Origin: Priapulus caudatus
Lineage: Eukaryota
Assembly: GCF_000485595.1 (NCBI RefSeq)
Contig: NW_014577073.1
Coordinates: 24,829-78,743, forward strand
DNA length: 53,915 nucleotides
Direction: 5' to 3'
The position numbers and the translations under genes were made by a program. Positions 51,206 to 53,915 of the stretch are shown here, one piece after another. The notes below the pieces were generated by a model that saw nothing but the letters and a program-made list of their open reading frames with translations, did not search any database and had not been told where the DNA came from. The first letter of the stretch is position 1. Each line of letters starts with the position of its first letter.

Positions 51206-51348
51206 AGGCATTACAGCTGTTGAGTGAAAGTATGACAGTATAGAAATCTCTGCATCATACTTCACCCAGCTCATTGTAGGCAGATGAATTCTCCAGATGT
51301 CTCCAAAAATCTGTGCTCCGTCATAGCCTCCCGTCATGTTGTACACAT
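51206..51348 (-). CDS. KLHDC10: KLHDC10-like internal exon (kelch repeat)
   Basis: Acceptor tttaatttcAG|AT is in phase with the previous exon. Translation DVYNMTGGYDGAQIFGDIWRIHLPTMSWVKYDAEISILSYFHSTAVMP aligns with recalled KLHDC10 DVFICGGYNGEVILGDIWKLNLQTFQWVKLPATMPEPVYFHCAAVTP. Donor CCT|GTAGGT. Confidence 0.85.
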
Positions 51349-51478
51349 CTGAAATTAAACGAGATCGAGCCCATTAGATGTGTGCGTGATGAGACGGATA
51401 TACCACATGGATTGTTGTTTTACTACAGTTTCATGCATTTTTTTGCAACATGTAAAACTTAAACTCTCGCGTACTTAC

Positions 51479-51525
51479 CATCTTTCACCTTCACACAGCT
51501 GTGACATCGCCTTGCCTGTGGGAAA
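51479..51525 (-). CDS. KLHDC10: KLHDC10-like internal exon (FPQARRCHSCVKVKD)
   Basis: Matches recalled KLHDC10 FPAARRCHSCVQIKND; strong donor GAT G|GTAAGT. The acceptor is either ccaAG (exon start 51525) or the nearby cacAG. Confidence 0.8.
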
Positions 51526-51634
51526 CTTGGATGTGAGACAAAATTAAATGACAGTCAAATGTTCCTGGGAAAGAACGCTGCTATACTATACAATGGTCTC
51601 TGAATCTAGGAATGAGATCTGAACCGGATTATTA

Positions 51635-51898
51635 GGCCATCTTTAAAAAATTATTTGTTTGCTGTCCTCCGACCGACCCACGAAAATAGCCGCGATGCCA
51701 AAAGTTTTTTTTTTCATTTTGGGTTCCTTTTTTTTTTTTAAACATTTTTCATAGTTAAGACTAAAACACAAAGCATGTGTGGCAAACATGAGGACAGACT
51801 TAAAATAACTATTATGCCTCACAAAAAAACCTACCTCCTACCCACTAAAAAAATCGTGGGTCGGGGGACAGCAAACATAGAATTTTTTAAGGATGGCC
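51635..51898. mobile_element. PIF/Harbinger-type (Tourist-like) MITE in a KLHDC10 intron
   Basis: About 40-bp imperfect TIRs beginning GGCCATC(T/C)TTAAAAAATT, with a 3-bp TTA TSD on both sides (51632-51634, 51899-51901). Confidence 0.8.
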
Positions 51899-52455
51899 TT
51901 AGCTCTTGGTAATATGAACTGAGGTACGATGTGAAAGATTGCGCGCCTGCTATCTTCCGATTCGCGATTGATAATGGAATGTTCAAACGGTCCCACAAAA
52001 CAAATGCACGTAGTTACATAATGCAAATATTTATAAAGTGATACCTATCTCGATATGTATACAAAGGTAACTAACCTAGCTAGTGAAAAGACAGCGTTCT
52101 GGTCTCGTGAGAGCAAAAATCACGCACTAGGTTTGTCGACATCTGTAAACAATCTAATTTTAAATGCAGATCGGTACACATATTGGTAGAAAGAATGTTT
52201 TGCAGGTGGTCTATGACATGTTAGCCTTACTATATACACTTGGTGTTATGGAAGGAGTACAGGTAAGTATCAGAACAATTGAGAAAATAAGAAAACGGTC
52301 GGTAAAAACATGAGAAATCCTCGCTTTAAAATAGAGGCTAGCACATCTACCACCAGCCACTCACTTAACCCCACCTGGCCCCTCCGCCGGCCGCTGCCTG
52401 CCGTTTCACCTATCCTCACCCACTCAACCAGTGATATGCCGCAAAAACTACAAAG

Positions 52456-52540
52456 CGTTTCGAAGCCATTCACCACAAGTACCTTGCCACCGCCGAACAT
52501 GTATATCTTCGTCTCGTCAGCCACAATCTCATGACGATAT
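52456..52540 (-). CDS. KLHDC10: Kelch domain-containing protein 10 (KLHDC10/slim-like), internal exon; 3' boundary uncertain
   Basis: Acceptor ctctaattttAG|A TAT CGT; translates (R)YRHEIVADETKIYMFGGGKVLVVNGFET, matching the KLHDC10 segment I recall as RYRHEIAHDGQRIYILGGG. There is no GT donor at the point where similarity fades. Confidence 0.72.
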
Positions 52541-53489
52541 CTAAAATTAGAGCAGAGTAGAGAGAACATCAGACACCTGTAACCTTCTCTTACGATTCCG
52601 TGAAGAGAAACATCTGTGTTAATGTAAGATAATCATTACTCGACTCATAATATTTGATCAGCATAGCACGTCAAGGATAGGCAGTGTCCTGATGTACATA
52701 TTAGGAATTTAGGATGTTTATGAGTGTGCAGTTGTCACAAAAAGGTAGTGCCAATTATATAAATTGTGACAATGTGACAACAACCACTAAGAAAATATAT
52801 TATAAATGTGTATTCTACATACCACAATGTGAAGCAACTTGCCAAGGCATGTCAACTCCAGTCTGACCCTTTTCCCTGACTTTTTCACAATGTTAAACCT
52901 CTATAACTGTTTGTAATGAAAGTGTCAATGACACTGTAGCTCACCTTGTGTGTGATAGAAGAGGGAGGGGTTTATATAAAGCAAGAATATATATGGGAGA
53001 ACTCCCATTATATAGCATATCTCCCATTATATACTTTTGATAATAATTTTGATAATAAAATATTCCAGTCAAATTACTGTAACGAAGAATCTAAAACACA
53101 TATTACGTATATAGGTATGACTGTAGAGTTGTTAACCAGTTAGACAAAATAAACGTAATAGCAGTGTTCGGAATTCGTGGGAAAACCTTGCCGGACAACA
53201 GGGCGGCAACTTTCAATTTAGCCGGCCCTGCCAGAAATTGGCCGCCTGCATTTTTTGCATAATGGTTGAATAACATGTTTAAGGTGAAATAAGTATATTA
53301 CTAGTGCTAATGCGCTATACAGTTGCTAATGTATCATATGTATTGTATTTATCTTGTATGATTCACGCTAGGGCTAGACTAACATACGGCGCGATTTTCG
53401 CAGCGACCAAGCACGTAATATTGAAGAATAATGTCTTACGGACTTACCTATCACCAATACGCATTTTTAGTCTATAACTTCACTCTTTT

Positions 53490-53589
53490 ACTTTTAATCC
53501 AATGTTTTGAACACCCTAGCGAAACTTACGCAAACGGGAAGGAATTTGCGTAAGTTTCGCTAGGGTGTTCAAAACATTGGATTAAAAGT
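53490..53589. repeat. 45-bp perfect inverted repeat with 10-nt loop
   Basis: ACTTTTAATCCAATGTTTTGAACACCCTAGCGAAACTTACGCAAA (53490-53534), loop CGGGAAGGAA, exact reverse complement at 53545-53589. Confidence 0.93.
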
Positions 53590-53915
53590 GTTCGGAAAGG
53601 GGAAAATTTTGAAAATAGATTCTCTGAGATGCATTCTGAGGCTATCTGAGCTCTGAGCAGGAATGTACTGATTTGAAAAGTGTGTTACAAGCACGATTTA
53701 GAAAGCATTTTACCATGTAAATTCAATAAATACAAGTAAAATATATGCAAACCAAAATTCTTTTTTCAAAATTTTGAGTGGGAACACTAGGGTCAGCAGT
53801 CATAATTTACATATGTTCACTAAGGAGGATTGTGAGGATTATCCGAGCAGGGAATAATTTTCCGCGGTATTGCATCCGCAATTCGCGATGCATTTTTTAC
53901 CTACTTGTGACGCGG

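Noticed and set aside
53162..53789. Possible hAT-like element with CAGTGTTC / GAACACTA ends
   Set aside because: Only 7 of 8 terminal bases match and there is no TSD; boundaries cannot be supported.

Overview
Eukaryotic (invertebrate-animal-like) genomic DNA from a draft assembly: gene-poor, rich in microsatellites and MITEs, with four N gaps. The main gene is a complete two-exon, minus-strand doublesex/mab-3-related transcription factor of the DMRTA (Dmrt4/5, Dmrt99B) class. Its CDS joins 20985..20565 and 13204..12342, giving 427 aa with DM and DMA domains and a 7.36-kb phase-1 GT-AG intron. At the right end are three minus-strand exons of a KLHDC10/slim-like kelch gene that looks incomplete or degenerate here, followed by several splice-site-bounded segments without kelch similarity. 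The rest is non-autonomous DNA transposons (clear hAT, TTAA/Kolobok-like and TTA/Harbinger-like examples, plus a TIR element with an unusual 6-bp TSD), SINE/LINE fragments, minisatellites, perfect hairpins and local duplications. The stretch at about 34.1-43.8 kb reads like uncorrected long-read gap fill. I found no CRISPR array, rRNA, intact tRNA or convincing novel multi-gene system. The best leads are the aberrant KLHDC10 copy, the mosaic duplications around the Dmrt gene (probably assembly artefacts), motif-bearing minisatellites upstream of Dmrt and the unclassified TIR element.
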